Virus record (IMG/VR): IMGVR_UViG_2643221950_000001
Location: 1-64,000 of that record
Origin: an uncultured virus (IMG/VR IMGVR_UViG_2643221950_000001)
Taxonomy: Duplodnaviria; Heunggongvirae; Uroviricota; Caudoviricetes
Direction: 5' to 3' (one strand)
DNA: 64,000 bases
Made by a program: the position numbers and the translations under genes. The notes under the pieces were generated by a model. That model was not told where the DNA came from, made no database searches, and was given only the letters and a program-made list of their open reading frames with translations. This document shows positions 11,301 through 21,394 of this stretch, piece after piece; within the stretch, counting starts at the first letter, position 1; the number at the start of each line of letters is the position of its first letter.

Positions 11301-13274
11301 CGGCTTTAATAACGTGGCCACTTTTCCGAGGAATGCGAGTGCAAATGCATTAGCAATCAAAGCACCAGCAATTGATCCTTCTCCTGTTAGGGCATTCCAG
11401 TTGATCTCGCCAATTTTCTTGGCGATCCGAATACCTAATTGCACAGGATCAAGAGCTTCAAGAAACGATTCAATGAATATCTTTCCTGCCTTTGCTCCTG
11501 CATCAGTGAAACTGTCCTCGGATGATTTGTCATCAATACCAAGTAGACCATTGATCACACCGTTTATGATGCCACCGTAAGTCTTCCCGACATTCTCGGC
11601 CATTTTGAAAAGACCAGGTTTCCCCGTCTTCTCCCACCATTGGCCAAATACGTCTTTCGTATTATCAAGGACAAGCTTCCACCGAGTTTCAAAGTCCATT
11701 TTTCTGTATTTTTCTAGCTGTTCAAAGTGCTTCTTCAACTTAGGATTGTCTTTAAATTTGACCTTCAGTTCTTGTGTCTGCTTCTTGGAGAGTTTTTCTC
11801 CTGGGAACAAAATTTTGAACTGATCACCAATAAATCCGAATACGCTTTTGGTGGGATTTAAAAAGCTCTTCGCAAAGGCTTTACCAGCCTTTTCAGCTTT
11901 GTTTGATAGATCAGTCAGCACAAAGGAATATTCCCCACGCCACGTTCTAAATGCTTCGAGAGCGGGCTGAAACGCAGCTGCTAGTCCCTTACCCCACGGC
12001 ATCAAAATAGAGTTGTTGATGAATGATTTAACACCCAAGAACAAGTTGGCTAGGTTGTCCGACATTTTGATCATCATGTCGTTGTATTTGCCAAATTCCT
12101 TCGTGACTTCTGGCCACGTTTTGGAGATGTCTTTTCCGCTCTTGGCAAGTTTTTCGAGCTTACCCCTGGCATCACCAGAGATCGCCCCCATTTCTTGCAA
12201 AGCTGCCGTTGCGTCACCGATAGGACGCCCCGATTTAATGCCGTCATATAAACGCCCCATCCATAACGCAACTTCGGAAAATGGCCGTTGAACACCTGCA
12301 GCAACGTCCCCGACTAGCTTCATGCCTTCTGTAGTCGATAGAGCGTTCCCTGTGAATACTTGAAGGACACGACTTGACTCGAAAATCTCATCACGAGTAA
12401 ATGGCGTTTGCCCGGCAAAGGCTGTCAGCTCGTCCAGACGTGCATCTGCTTTTCCTCTGCTGCCGAGCAGTGTTTCAAAAGCCGTGGTCATGTTCTGTCG
12501 ATCCGCTACCATTTTGAGCGGCACGACAATACCACCTGTTGCACCGGCACCCACTCCAAGCAAACCAAGTGTGCTGGTGACAGCTGACACGATCCCTCTC
12601 AATGGCTTTGTGATAAGATCAAGGACCTTGATTGTGGTTGTGTAAGTCCGTCCCAAATGGGTATTTGCAAATGAGACAGCTCCACGTACTGGAGCGGTGA
12701 AACGGTCGATCGCATTGATCGCCACCCTGTATTCAGTCCCTAACGTGTTCCGTGTATAAGACGCTATACGACTGACTGTTCGTCGAACCATATCAACGGC
12801 TCTAATGGTATAGCTGTAGCCCCGGCCAAGCTGACGCGCTGCATATGAAGCAATACGTCTGATCCCTGCGGTTGCACGATCATGAACCGTTATGGCAAAC
12901 CGTTCTACTTTACCAAATTTCCGATCGATGTAACGACGCAACCGAACAAGTCCTGGTGTTGCCTGATCTTTAATGCGCATCAGCACACTATGAGTACGCG
13001 GCATCTTGCGTTGTAAGAAGCCATTGAACTTTCGTAGTGCTTTTGTGGCCAGATCATTTACATCAAGCGTCAGCTGATAAGTTCGCGCAAGATCGCGCAA
13101 TACAAACCGCTGCACACGTCTTAATGCAATTGTGGCATTGTCCCTGATTCTTAAAGTGATTGGCCGCTCTGATCTGCGGCGCAATCTATCAAGTCGTTCT
13201 AGGTCCCCTCTGATCAAACGCAATTTACGCGTGATGCGGTCTTGTAAATCAAACCGAGCTGTCAAACGAGCCAT
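8298..13274 (-). CDS. xkdO: Tape measure protein with C-terminal lytic transglycosylase (SLT) domain
   Basis: 1658 aa; Trp-periodic repeats; [23 protein letters not shown]...SKGLMQ. Confidence 0.93.
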   Translation of the reverse strand: MARLTARFDLQDRITRKLRLIRGDLERLDRLRRRSERPITLRIRDNATIALRRVQRFVLRDLARTYQLTLDVNDLATKALRKFNGFLQRKMPRTHSVLMRIKDQATPGLVRLRRYIDRKFGKVERFAITVHDRATAGIRRIASYAARQLGRGYSYTIRAVDMVRRTVSRIASYTRNTLGTEYRVAINAIDRFTAPVRGAVSFANTHLGRTYTTTIKVLDLITKPLRGIVSAVTSTLGLLGVGAGATGGIVVPLKMVADRQNMTTAFETLLGSRGKADARLDELTAFAGQTPFTRDEIFESSRVLQVFTGNALSTTEGMKLVGDVAAGVQRPFSEVALWMGRLYDGIKSGRPIGDATAALQEMGAISGDARGKLEKLAKSGKDISKTWPEVTKEFGKYNDMMIKMSDNLANLFLGVKSFINNSILMPWGKGLAAAFQPALEAFRTWRGEYSFVLTDLSNKAEKAGKAFAKSFLNPTKSVFGFIGDQFKILFPGEKLSKKQTQELKVKFKDNPKLKKHFEQLEKYRKMDFETRWKLVLDNTKDVFGQWWEKTGKPGLFKMAENVGKTYGGIINGVINGLLGIDDKSSEDSFTDAGAKAGKIFIESFLEALDPVQLGIRIAKKIGEINWNALTGEGSIAGALIANAFALAFLGKVATLLKPLKSILSGAFAAYKWGKGLRGGMGAGTSGGVIGGAGGAGRPPRNPRPPEYRQPWINRGEPVRPTTPNQGRGGGFLGNIGKGAKSIGKRIPILGTLIAATELIGINNDNKGEKIGGFTGNLGGGIGGAAIGTMIAPGIGTVIGGILGSIFGGDLGKWIGKMFDNGTIKKKWDEIVKWSEDAIKWIKDTWKDISTWFNDNVAEPIGGFFEKAWTKIKTTWEKVSNWFMEKVFIPIYNFVVPIINFVVGVFTVAWNIIKTIWGVASTWFMEKVWKPYGQYAVEAIGWVWNKLVDTWNWIKETWGVLSEWFNEYVWTPFKTYGIPAIMFIWNLFKGTWNWIKTTWVILAAWFDEYVWQPFKTYALPAIIFIWILFKNTWNWIKTTWIILAKWFDEYVWQPYKKYAEPAISFVWEKFQDAWRIIKGIWKTVSGWFEEKVFKPLKGHAEKLTEIWNGFFGLVGKVVGKAKEITGKGFKFFEGIGEEKTGMKKVPTKGKKPDQRATGGYITKPTLSWIGEAGKEFVIPTENNRGRGKMLLAQAASHLGMSVVPSGASPTSPASSSSPMRPAAASSVSTSASGSVSIGDAGNASKYGEQFSTDFEKGLNSKGVSLEQWKQANIKQPFTQIQTSTPQYGAQTVTGFAAGQNMTPTGTGQFLDQNVRQPFLSARQESPTWGAGMIDAFNSGMRSKGSEVTQAAKDMAKKVEQAFREELDIHSPSRVMMSLGKFASIGVVKGLDSVDVKKFAENQAGSLIAAFSGMGASNLSVQQWLMAALMATGTSMSWLPGLMTIAQNESRGNPKAINLWDSNAKRGTPSKGLMQTIDPTFNSNKVNGMNDIWNPIHNAAAAINYIKGRYGSVYNTPGLRSIRNGGPYKGYANGGLITQEQIARVGEGNKREWIIPEERGIRGRYLLAQAAQALGMDVYDPATAASSELSQGQVQTVTAGTANAPSASSGSKQVIINFNGDQHFHNGQDEDSLVEKIKRSIAEELEVEINTGTKGVVIDG

Positions 13275-13277
13275 GTC

Positions 13278-13463
13278 TTATCCCCCTTTCTTCGATTCTT
13301 TTTCTAACACTTCAAGTTTGTGGGCTATCAACCCAAACAAAAAGGCCTTGAATTGCCTTGGCGCTTCATAGACCTCTAAGAGTTCAGACGGGGAGTAATG
13401 AAGCTCATGCATGCAGTAATAGAGATACACAGCCTCTTTGTTCCCGTCTTTTATTAGTTTTTT
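13278..13463 (-). CDS. C-terminal extension of the tail assembly chaperone, reached by -1 frameshift
   Basis: The -1 frame is open from A AAA AAC to TAA at 13278 (KLIKDGNKEAVYLYYCMHELHYSP...KKGG). Confidence 0.8.
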   Translation of the reverse strand, partial: KKLIKDGNKEAVYLYYCMHELHYSPSELLEVYEAPRQFKAFLFGLIAHKLEVLEKESKKGG

Positions 13464-13903
13464 GCTTCAGTTTCTAAGTCTTCAATTTCATCTTCAAACC
13501 CGTTGACCTCAATGGCTTTGTTTAACCAGTTCGCATATTCACCGCCGACAGACAGGACACGCTTTGCCACTTCGACTGGATCTTGTGTGCTGTATGCTTC
13601 GCGCAGTTCTTTTGATTTGAAATCAGGGTAAATAGTTGATTCAACCGCAATACGTGCATAGAAGCGTTGAGAATCCAAGTCTTTTACACGTCCACGACCT
13701 TTAACATTTTTGAAAGTCGTGTTTTCTTTCTCCAGTTCATCGATGCGCTCTGTTGTGATCGCTTTGAATACGAATGGAATCACTTTACCTTCTTTATCAA
13801 CGAAACGCTTTGAAATGATTGATTTGACCTCTTCCGCTTCTGTTGTTTGTCCTGGCATAAAGAATGAAAGATCATATGTGTTGTTTGTTTGTTTTTCGCT
13901 CAT
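13454..13903 (-). CDS. xkdN: Tail assembly chaperone XkdN/YqbN
   Basis: Lies between tube and tape measure genes; ends EAKN at the slippery site; start after GGGAG. Confidence 0.87.
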   Translation of the reverse strand: MSEKQTNNTYDLSFFMPGQTTEAEEVKSIISKRFVDKEGKVIPFVFKAITTERIDELEKENTTFKNVKGRGRVKDLDSQRFYARIAVESTIYPDFKSKELREAYSTQDPVEVAKRVLSVGGEYANWLNKAIEVNGFEDEIEDLETEAKN

Positions 13904-14062
13904 GTTTAAAAACTCCCTTTGATTTGTTTTTTTGAATACAAAAAAGCACATCCATTTTTTGAATGTGCTTTCCAATCTTTTCATGTATAATATAAATCGT
14001 ACAATTGAACGGCTTACTCAAGGGTGGTCTGGCTCATCCCCGTAAGAAAGGGGGTGATGCTT

Positions 14063-14146
14063 ATGTCAACGTTTCAAGCGATTTCGCTCATGCTTTTATT
14101 TGGGATGTTTATCCTTGCCCTGTTGACGTATATAAACAAAAAATAG
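14063..14146 (+). CDS. Type I toxin, 27 aa, BsrH/BsrE-like holin-like toxin
   Basis: MSTFQAISLMLLFGMFILALLTYINKK; strong RBS AAAGGGGGTG; TATAAT at 13986; same position as bsrH in B. subtilis skin. Confidence 0.85.
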   Translation: MSTFQAISLMLLFGMFILALLTYINKK

Positions 14147-14265
14147 GCCTCCCTTGAGCCTGGTAAGTTCGTAGGGATTGCCTATCCTTGTTGCTTCACC
14201 TGATTTAAGCCAGCCCCTTGAAGGGCCTCATTGTACATTGCCGGGATGTTGACGCATCCTGGCTT
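14137..14265 (-). ncRNA. Putative cis-antisense antitoxin RNA
   Basis: Minus-strand TTTACA-16-TAAAAT (14299-14272); overlaps the toxin 3' UTR; ends at an ATAGGC...GCCTAT hairpin plus U-run. Confidence 0.65.
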
Positions 14266-14276
14266 CTTTTTATTTT
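14240..14276 (+). terminator. Toxin mRNA terminator
   Basis: GCCGGGATG-ttgacg-CATCCTGGC followed by TTCTTTTTATTTT. Confidence 0.8.
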
Positions 14277-14465
14277 ATGCAAATTGCTTTGCATGTAAAC
14301 AAATTTTTTCTCAAAATGAAAAGGGAGGGTTCACTATTATCCCTTTTATCCCATGTATCCCATTTATCAAAAGTATATCATATTTGTACAAAAAAAGTGA
14401 AAATACTTTATTTAAAAACATTCACTAGTCAGTTCTTTTGTTACATTTTCTATAGTGATTAAATT

Positions 14466-14909
14466 TTAAAAGGAATCCTTCAGCTTCTCAGGAAGATCAA
14501 AGTCCTCAAACGTGAAAGGAACCTCTTCTTCCAGTGCTTCTGAATCCACATCAAGCCCCGCGATCTTTGCAGAATCGAAGTTCACATCAAATAATGTGAC
14601 ACGCTCTGTGCCGCGGCCGGATGATTTGTCATCCAGTACAGCTTGAATAGTGAAGTATGGGTCTTCCCCTTTCTTCACATAGTTGAGCATGAGCTGAACG
14701 AAACGTGATGTGACTTTATAGAATGTCGCCGTTCCTGTTCCATTTGCCCCCGTTGTTTTATGACCAGTCATTCGGCGGCCCATGACATTGACCTCTGATT
14801 TATTCTTCTCCACGTTCGCCTCAAACGTTTTAATGAACGCCATTTCCTCACCATCGAGGAATAAGCGTCCTTCCTTACCTGAAATGGTATTCTGCGCTTT
14901 AAAAGCCAT
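14466..14909 (-). CDS. xkdM: Tail tube protein
   Basis: AQNTISGKEG.LFLDG...EEEVPFTFED. Confidence 0.93.
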   Translation of the reverse strand: MAFKAQNTISGKEGRLFLDGEEMAFIKTFEANVEKNKSEVNVMGRRMTGHKTTGANGTGTATFYKVTSRFVQLMLNYVKKGEDPYFTIQAVLDDKSSGRGTERVTLFDVNFDSAKIAGLDVDSEALEEEVPFTFEDFDLPEKLKDSF

Positions 14910-14910
14910 C

Positions 14911-16257
14911 TTATCTCACCTCTACATTGAAATAGAATTTTTCAGCTGCATCAACTGGTTGAACAGCTAGATCAATCAAGAAACCGTCACGATCTTCATT
15001 TAAAGCGATCATGATGTCAGTCTCAGAGTCAAAGCCAGTGATTCCAGATCCATCTTGGAGCTGCGTGAGATATTGCGTGATGAGTGTTTTCACCAGCTGC
15101 AGCCCATCATCAGATGCCGGAATGTCATTTCCGTTGGCTTTACGTAATTTAATCAGATTCTTCAATTCGCGAGTGAGATCGTTGTTGATCGCATCGAGCA
15201 CACGAATGATTTTGTTTTTCCCGAATGTCTTGTTTTTCTCCGTTGTATAGCTTGTCAGAGAGTTGATGTCCTTCTCAACGCTTACTGTGCGATCACGAGC
15301 ATCAAACGTGAACAAGAATTCGCCTTGCGACAAGCGGTATTCCACTTGATCATTATCAAGACGTTCTAACGTATCAACAGCCCCTTCATATTCAACAAAG
15401 GTTAACGACTGATTGAAGTTTGCTCCTGCAGACGCACCGGCAACCCATGCAGTTGCTTTGGCTGGCGTGATCTCTGTGCCATCTTCTAGCAGCACACCAC
15501 TTGTGACATTGATAATTCCTTCATGATCCGCTGCATAGTTCGGTAAAACACCTTGCACCTTACGCCCTTGATCATCACGCAAACGTTTGACGAAGGCCAC
15601 AAATGTTGCTTTTAGTTGCTCGCTAGTGTTATTAGGCAGCGCGATCACGTCAAAGTATTCTGTTTCAGCTGCTTCTAAGAAAGCTGTATAATCTGCCACG
15701 CTTGGCACACCATTTTTCCCGCCGCTTAGTGTTACACCAGCGGTGATCGTCACTTCACCTTCACCGGAGAATGAAACATATTTGTTTTGCTTCAGCTCTT
15801 TGACATCAGTGACAACCTGCTTATCAACAATGTCTGTACCAACGTAAGTCACCACATCACGCTTGGAGCTATCCAATACGTTTTCAGTGACTTGGATCGT
15901 GACCTCATTCCCTTTCTGTCCACCATAATTAGCAAGAACGTTGAAATTCTCTCTGATCTGAGCCTTTGCTGGCTCACCTTCATTCAGACGGTAAAGCAAG
16001 ACCGTTTGTGCTTTTTTCTTCGCTTCTCGGAAAAGAAGCAGTGACTTGTCATCGATATTTAATCCGACTTTTTTATTTAAGTCCTCGATGCCTGAGATAG
16101 AGATGAACGACTTAGGCTCTCCCCAGCTCATTGTGATTGGAAGTGCAACGGTTCCGCGATCACCTAAAGTGATACGTTGCTGTGCTGTGGTTTTGAAATT
16201 GAAGTAGATACCAGGGCGCTTCTTTTCTGTACCTGGTGTAAAAGTACCTCCATTCAT
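14911..16257 (-). CDS. xkdK: Tail sheath protein
   Basis: MNGGTF...RPG.YFNF; KNKIIRVLD; PVDAAEKFY. Confidence 0.93.
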   Translation of the reverse strand: MNGGTFTPGTEKKRPGIYFNFKTTAQQRITLGDRGTVALPITMSWGEPKSFISISGIEDLNKKVGLNIDDKSLLLFREAKKKAQTVLLYRLNEGEPAKAQIRENFNVLANYGGQKGNEVTIQVTENVLDSSKRDVVTYVGTDIVDKQVVTDVKELKQNKYVSFSGEGEVTITAGVTLSGGKNGVPSVADYTAFLEAAETEYFDVIALPNNTSEQLKATFVAFVKRLRDDQGRKVQGVLPNYAADHEGIINVTSGVLLEDGTEITPAKATAWVAGASAGANFNQSLTFVEYEGAVDTLERLDNDQVEYRLSQGEFLFTFDARDRTVSVEKDINSLTSYTTEKNKTFGKNKIIRVLDAINNDLTRELKNLIKLRKANGNDIPASDDGLQLVKTLITQYLTQLQDGSGITGFDSETDIMIALNEDRDGFLIDLAVQPVDAAEKFYFNVEVR

Positions 16258-16259
16258 GC

Positions 16260-16484
16260 TTAAACCTCCTTAGACAAAAAAGCATCAATCTGCTTCTTTG
16301 CTTCTGTTTTTGTAATTGGTTGATCTTTGATATAAAAAAGAGCACCTTCAAGAATTTCTGGCTTTACGCCAAACAATTCCTTGCTGTGCTCTTTCAAGGC
16401 TTCAAATGAAAATGCTGCTTCTTTAGGAAGAACTGGAGCGACTTTCTCTTCTTTCACCTGTGATTCATTTTTATTCTTGGCCAC
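16260..16484 (-). CDS. Small phage protein upstream of the sheath gene
   Basis: Synteny with skin/PBSX; ELFGVKPE..EGA. Confidence 0.7.
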   Translation of the reverse strand: MAKNKNESQVKEEKVAPVLPKEAAFSFEALKEHSKELFGVKPEILEGALFYIKDQPITKTEAKKQIDAFLSKEV

Positions 16485-16926
16485 TTTTTATCACCCCATC
16501 TGAAAAATTTATGTCGTCTAGGCTCGGTTGCTCTTCTCGGTTGTACCAATAGGCGCTATCCCATGTGAGGACAATCGTTGCCACGCCTTGATCACCATTC
16601 CTAGTTTCTGCCCTCTTAATGCGAACATATTGATCGAGCGGTTCACCTTCTTCACTGACCATCGGAATAATATTCCGATCAGCTGACAAGGCATCTACAA
16701 TCGATTCAGCTGCATCATGAGCCTGTCCAGAATCTTTGTGAAACACTTTAATATGCAGCGTGTAGGTTTTAAGAAACGTTGAAACAGTATCGTTTTTTGT
16801 ATTTGTCCATGCTGCAGGAAAGTACATCGATGGGACCTGAAACTGTTCAGGAATCTCTTTTTCATATACTTTCACCGGAAACTGCTTGTAACAATAATTC
16901 ATGATGGCGCCGACTTCTTGATTCAT
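16471..16926 (-). CDS. xkdJ: Tail terminator-type protein XkdJ/YqbJ
   Basis: Synteny; FQVPS.YFP motif. Confidence 0.75.
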   Translation of the reverse strand: MNQEVGAIMNYCYKQFPVKVYEKEIPEQFQVPSMYFPAAWTNTKNDTVSTFLKTYTLHIKVFHKDSGQAHDAAESIVDALSADRNIIPMVSEEGEPLDQYVRIKRAETRNGDQGVATIVLTWDSAYWYNREEQPSLDDINFSDGVIKSGQE

Positions 16927-17436
16927 TTAATCACCGCCAAATTGTTCATCGATCCATTGCTGCAGTTTGCGGTCTAATGATTGTTCAAACATCTGTTCAA
17001 AAATTGAAAGTGCATTATCCCAATAGCCGCTCCCCTCAACCCATTGAAATTTCAGGAGCATCCCTGTTTCAGCATTTGGGTCATATTCAAAACGAGCACC
17101 AACCCATCTACCAGGAACCCATCGTCTATCCTGATTCTTGGAGGGATCAATGGTAAAATGACCATCATTTGTGTACGACGCGTATTCTAGGTTTGTCCCT
17201 ACATCCAACGTCAGACCGCCACTGCTCATCGAAAAGACGTTTTCTTGGTCGCCTTTTTGGAATGAGTTGAGCAAACGACGAGCATCCACCGTTTTTGTAC
17301 GGATAACTTCATCTTGAACGATGTCTAGGAACTCATAACCCATCGCTTCCAACCATTCTTCATATTCAGCTTGCAAGCCGCCATTAACAGCGGCATTCAA
17401 GTCCTCAATGAATTGATCAAGACCATCTATCCTCAT
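16927..17436 (-). CDS. xkdI: HK97 gp10-like tail completion protein
   Basis: VGTNLEYASY.NDGH motif. Confidence 0.8.
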   Translation of the reverse strand: MRIDGLDQFIEDLNAAVNGGLQAEYEEWLEAMGYEFLDIVQDEVIRTKTVDARRLLNSFQKGDQENVFSMSSGGLTLDVGTNLEYASYTNDGHFTIDPSKNQDRRWVPGRWVGARFEYDPNAETGMLLKFQWVEGSGYWDNALSIFEQMFEQSLDRKLQQWIDEQFGGD

Positions 17437-17789
17437 AGGCTTTCACTCCTCATCGCTACCACCTCAATGTGGTGATTTTTGATCCGTCTGGGCTTTTGGA
17501 GTTTCAAAGTAATACCTTCCCATACCACTTTATCGTTCAGGCGGACATCAGCAGTAATAGGAAAATGAACAAGGTACGATTGATGAATGGTTGCGTTTGG
17601 CTCCTGCTGTGTGATGGATTGGTTTTTCTCCGAAAAATAACATGGCTGCGCAACTTGATCAGGCTCATCAGGATATGAAAAGATTGGCTGCGCATCCTGA
17701 ACCGGCACACCAAAACGATCTTTTGACAGCTGCTCATTCTTTAAGTGGAAAATATCGCATCGATCCGTTAATAATGATTGATAGCTCAT
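17433..17789 (-). CDS. xkdH: Head closure protein XkdH/YqbH
   Basis: MSYQSLLT.RCDI.HL...PR.IKNHHIEV. Confidence 0.8.
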   Translation of the reverse strand: MSYQSLLTDRCDIFHLKNEQLSKDRFGVPVQDAQPIFSYPDEPDQVAQPCYFSEKNQSITQQEPNATIHQSYLVHFPITADVRLNDKVVWEGITLKLQKPRRIKNHHIEVVAMRSESL

Positions 17790-18178
17790 AATGATCTCAA
17801 CCTCAATTTGACGTTGCCTGGATCTTCTGGCGGTTCCCCCGGCTCAAAGAAATCTATCAACAGGTTATACACATCTGGCTTTGAAACAGCGTTACCATCT
17901 GCCAAGGTGTATGAATAGTCACCAATTTTTTCAGACTTGTACCCTTTGATAATTGATTCATCGCCGTTGATCAATGCGAAAAACTGTGCCATTTTAATCA
18001 ATGCGATCTTTGCTTTTTCAGGAAGCGGCTGATATTTTCCACTTGTGAAATCATGACCTGCGATCTTAAATACCTCAGCTTCAGCCTCAATGATGTCACT
18101 TTTCAATAGTTCATCCGAGCGGTTTTTCACGCTCTCGAATACGGTATACGCCCTAACTTCTTCAGGAGAGATCAGCAT
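17786..18178 (-). CDS. yqbG: Head-tail connector, YqbG/DUF3199 type
   Basis: KGYKSEKIGDYSYT motif; synteny. Confidence 0.8.
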   Translation of the reverse strand: MLISPEEVRAYTVFESVKNRSDELLKSDIIEAEAEVFKIAGHDFTSGKYQPLPEKAKIALIKMAQFFALINGDESIIKGYKSEKIGDYSYTLADGNAVSKPDVYNLLIDFFEPGEPPEDPGNVKLRLRSL

Positions 18179-18183
18179 CGGCC

Positions 18184-18579
18184 TTACTCTCCTGTTTTTT
18201 CTTGTTGCTCTTGGCGCTCAAGGATGAAGGCAATTCTCTCACTCTTATCTTTGAGCTGAGTCGGATCGCCGCCAAGATCAATAACAATGGCTTCTTGTTC
18301 AGTTTTGTTCATGCCCTTCAGTTCTGATTCAGTGTAGATTTTTTGTTCTTGTTGGGGTTCTTCTTCCTCTTTCGCAGGCTCTTCATCTTCTTTTGGTTCA
18401 TCATCCGTTTTTGAATCATCAGCAGGAGCTTTCACTTTCTTACAAGCGAAAAAGTCATTGCCATCGAGATATTGAAAAACCTTTTTCTCAATCTCTTTCT
18501 CCTGATTTAAATGAAAGACATGCCCCATCACAGAGTATGTCTTTCCTTTGATCAATTCAGCTGTATACATATTGATCAC
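18184..18579 (-). CDS. yqbF: YqbF-like head-associated protein
   Basis: YTA.LIKGKTY N-terminus; acidic linker; follows the capsid gene. Confidence 0.75.
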   Translation of the reverse strand: MINMYTAELIKGKTYSVMGHVFHLNQEKEIEKKVFQYLDGNDFFACKKVKAPADDSKTDDEPKEDEEPAKEEEEPQQEQKIYTESELKGMNKTEQEAIVIDLGGDPTQLKDKSERIAFILERQEQQEKTGE

Positions 18580-19505
18580 TCCTTGACCTTGATGATCTTA
18601 GCAACAGCATCCTCTTCCTCAAATTTGCTGTCTAGCTTCGCTGTCAGAACAATAATAAATTTACGTCTGCGGATATCCTTTTCAACCTCAATGCGAATAT
18701 TGCGTGAGAAGCCAAGGATAATGTTTTTCGGATGAGTAAGTAAGATGTCCGAAACATCTGTGCCGTCCTCTCCCATTCCATATGGTTGCATGTTTGCAAT
18801 ACCTTTGACTGGAACACCGAATGCGGAGGAAAGTCCACCTTGTACAGCTGCATCCCCTAGATTCGTTTGACGATCTGCTACTTTGTCTTTCCATTCGACC
18901 TCTTGTCCTGGGGAAGTGTAGAAACGGAATTCTTGTGGAACTCGCAAGTATTTTGGCGGAACAGCTTTGTATCCTTGTTTGAATACTTGGCGTGTAAGTG
19001 GTTCGCCAGCTACATCTACGATATGGGATGTTGCTTGCTTACGAATACCATCAAGTTGCGCTAGATATGCATCACTAGATTTCGTATCACCATTCAAAAT
19101 CAATTCTTCAATATCAACGGCTGCACGCTCAGCGAGCATTTGCATGATGGTGTTCTGTAAATTATCACCCTCGATGTTGTTTTCAAGTGTGTCATATGTG
19201 ATATTTACTTCAGCGATGACTTCTTTTGCATTCAGCTCCACAGTGCTTGTTGTTGGCGCAGACTTTTGTTCATTAGTTAAACCTACACCTTCCTGACCAG
19301 CACGTAGAATGCGCTGACCAAAACCAATTTTCTCGATTTTTTGTGCATCGCTATCCATTGGAATGACACGTGCATCTTGTAGCAGTGTTGGTGCATTTTG
19401 CACCATACGAATAAATGTGCTAGATTGGGTTGGATTCATTAGACCGCCTGTTTTTAACGTCCCAAGCGTCACTTCCGCTTTGTTAATTACCTCTTGATTT
19501 CTCAC
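18576..19505 (-). CDS. xkdG: Major capsid protein XkdG/YqbE
   Basis: [24 protein letters not shown] start after AAAGGAGG. Confidence 0.9.
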   Translation of the reverse strand: MRNQEVINKAEVTLGTLKTGGLMNPTQSSTFIRMVQNAPTLLQDARVIPMDSDAQKIEKIGFGQRILRAGQEGVGLTNEQKSAPTTSTVELNAKEVIAEVNITYDTLENNIEGDNLQNTIMQMLAERAAVDIEELILNGDTKSSDAYLAQLDGIRKQATSHIVDVAGEPLTRQVFKQGYKAVPPKYLRVPQEFRFYTSPGQEVEWKDKVADRQTNLGDAAVQGGLSSAFGVPVKGIANMQPYGMGEDGTDVSDILLTHPKNIILGFSRNIRIEVEKDIRRRKFIIVLTAKLDSKFEEEDAVAKIIKVKE

Positions 19506-19528
19506 TCTAGTTCCTCCTTTTTCTTGGC

Positions 19529-20689
19529 TTAAAGCAAGCCGCCCCATACAGTTTCAGATTTTTGTAAGTCTTGTTGTTGTGCATCCTCTACACCATTACC
19601 TTGCGGACGTGCTTTTTCAAGTGCTTCGACTCTTTCAACTACTGGAGCCAATGCCTTTTCTACAGCTGCGGCCATTTCTTTTGCGACCTCTTCATCAATT
19701 TGTTTTTCTTGCGGATCAGGTTGCTGCTCGCCTTCGCCTTTTTCAAGGTCTTCCAGTCGTTTTACGACTGGTGCAATTGTTTCATCTAGCATCTTTTGCA
19801 GATCTTCTTTGTTCACTTCTTCTTCCTCCTTCTCTTCCGCTTGACTCAACAGATTGTCGATAGCGGCTCTTGCATTTTTCAATTCAGTTAAGTTAGCAGC
19901 TGAAAACTTTTTACCTGCTTTTGCGACTTCTTTAGGTGGATCAGTTTGGATACCAGCCAAGTCATCAGTAAGCAAAATCTCTTGTGTGATTTCCACAAAA
20001 TCTTGCAGTGCTGCCCTCACCTTTTCAGGATCAGTCTCCAAGTCTTCATCGTCGTAAGAATCCCATTTATACAAAACGGAATTCAGCGCCTCTTGTGCCG
20101 CCCAAAACTCACGACGCATGCGGCCTTTGTCGTATCTGTTCTTTACTTCTCCTTTTGATAAAAAGAAGTTTTTGAGCAAAGAAAAAAGCCCCTTCTCTTC
20201 AGAAGCTGGCTCACGCTCTTGTTTTCCTATGTCTGCTGTTCCGGCCATTGAATATCCGGTGATCTCACCCTTTTGAATCTGTTCCCAAATTTCATCGGAA
20301 GCCTTCGTCACAAGGACCCACGATCCTTTCTTGATCATCTCATCGCCCATTTCAAAGTCAGACGGAGCGATATAAGATTCAACGACTTCCCCGACACCGC
20401 CTTGGAAATCATGCTGCTTGTCGATCTCACGTGCATCCTTCAGGAACCCATGAGCCGCTTTCTCAATTTCTTCTGGTGTCATAAAGTCTCCATGTGCATC
20501 AGCTACGTTTGGTTCGTATACAATTCCATACACAAGACGTTGCACATCATCAGCCTTCGCAATGACTTTGATCTCTTTTTGAAAGTCTGGCTGTTTTTCT
20601 GACTTCATAAAAAAGAACTGCTTTTGATTAGCAGCCTTGTCCACGTATGAAACGTGTGTGATCTTTGCATTTATTAATTCCCTTGGCAT
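19529..20689 (-). CDS. xkdF: Prohead protease/scaffold XkdF/YqbD
   Basis: [32 protein letters not shown] after GGGGGTG. Confidence 0.88.
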   Translation of the reverse strand: MPRELINAKITHVSYVDKAANQKQFFFMKSEKQPDFQKEIKVIAKADDVQRLVYGIVYEPNVADAHGDFMTPEEIEKAAHGFLKDAREIDKQHDFQGGVGEVVESYIAPSDFEMGDEMIKKGSWVLVTKASDEIWEQIQKGEITGYSMAGTADIGKQEREPASEEKGLFSLLKNFFLSKGEVKNRYDKGRMRREFWAAQEALNSVLYKWDSYDDEDLETDPEKVRAALQDFVEITQEILLTDDLAGIQTDPPKEVAKAGKKFSAANLTELKNARAAIDNLLSQAEEKEEEEVNKEDLQKMLDETIAPVVKRLEDLEKGEGEQQPDPQEKQIDEEVAKEMAAAVEKALAPVVERVEALEKARPQGNGVEDAQQQDLQKSETVWGGLL

Positions 20690-20710
20690 ATGTTCACCCC
20701 CTTTCAAAAG

Positions 20711-20741
20711 AAAAAACTGTCTTTTAATCAGACAGTTTTTC
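20711..20741. terminator. Terminator at the 3' end of the moron gene
   Basis: AAAAACTGTCT-tttaatc-AGACAGTTTTT. Confidence 0.65.
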
Positions 20742-21353
20742 ACCACTCATATAATAATCGCCAGTAATTTTTTGCAGCTGTTTAATTAACTTAATTACTG
20801 ATGAACAGTATCTCATAGCTTCCTTATAATCAAGAAACACTGCATGTGGGTTTTTAACAATATCATTTCTTAGACTCCATAAGCCCAAAATGTTATTAGC
20901 CATATTCTGAGAAATATGTTCTTTGTACAGAAGATCTCTCACTATTTCAGGTATATCTCTTAAGTTATTCTCGCTTAATCTAACTACTACATACCTTAAT
21001 TCTGCCTCAAGCTCCAGCCAAGCTGTATAAACAGCTTCCTCAGGAGACTTTTTTGCCAAACGCTCATAATGTTTTACATATCCAACATCCAGTCCGTTTG
21101 TTTCAGCATTATTATGACTATTTTTATTGGGGGCACTTTCATGTTGCTCATCTTCTTTTACATCTTCATTTTGCTCAATTTCATCTAAAGTTTTTGCAAA
21201 ATCAAGATGAAGAATATCTTTATATTTAAAACTCAACAAATTACCAACTCTACTAAGAATTACTGTTATAGGTTGTTTTAAAATCAAAACCACTATAATA
21301 GTTGCTAACGAACCTGAAGTAAGTATTGAAGAAAAGAACTCAAGCCAACTCAT
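20724..21353 (-). CDS. Moron: N-terminally membrane-anchored protein with helical, HEPN/DUF4145-like C-terminal domain
   Basis: AT-rich; hydrophobic N-terminus; AW.ELE..LR and LRNDIV motifs; own TATAAT at 21389-21384. Confidence 0.6.
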   Translation of the reverse strand: MSWLEFFSSILTSGSLATIIVVLILKQPITVILSRVGNLLSFKYKDILHLDFAKTLDEIEQNEDVKEDEQHESAPNKNSHNNAETNGLDVGYVKHYERLAKKSPEEAVYTAWLELEAELRYVVVRLSENNLRDIPEIVRDLLYKEHISQNMANNILGLWSLRNDIVKNPHAVFLDYKEAMRYCSSVIKLIKQLQKITGDYYMSGEKLSD

Positions 21354-21394
21354 ATTTCCCCTCATTCCCAAAGTAATGAGGATATTATACTATT

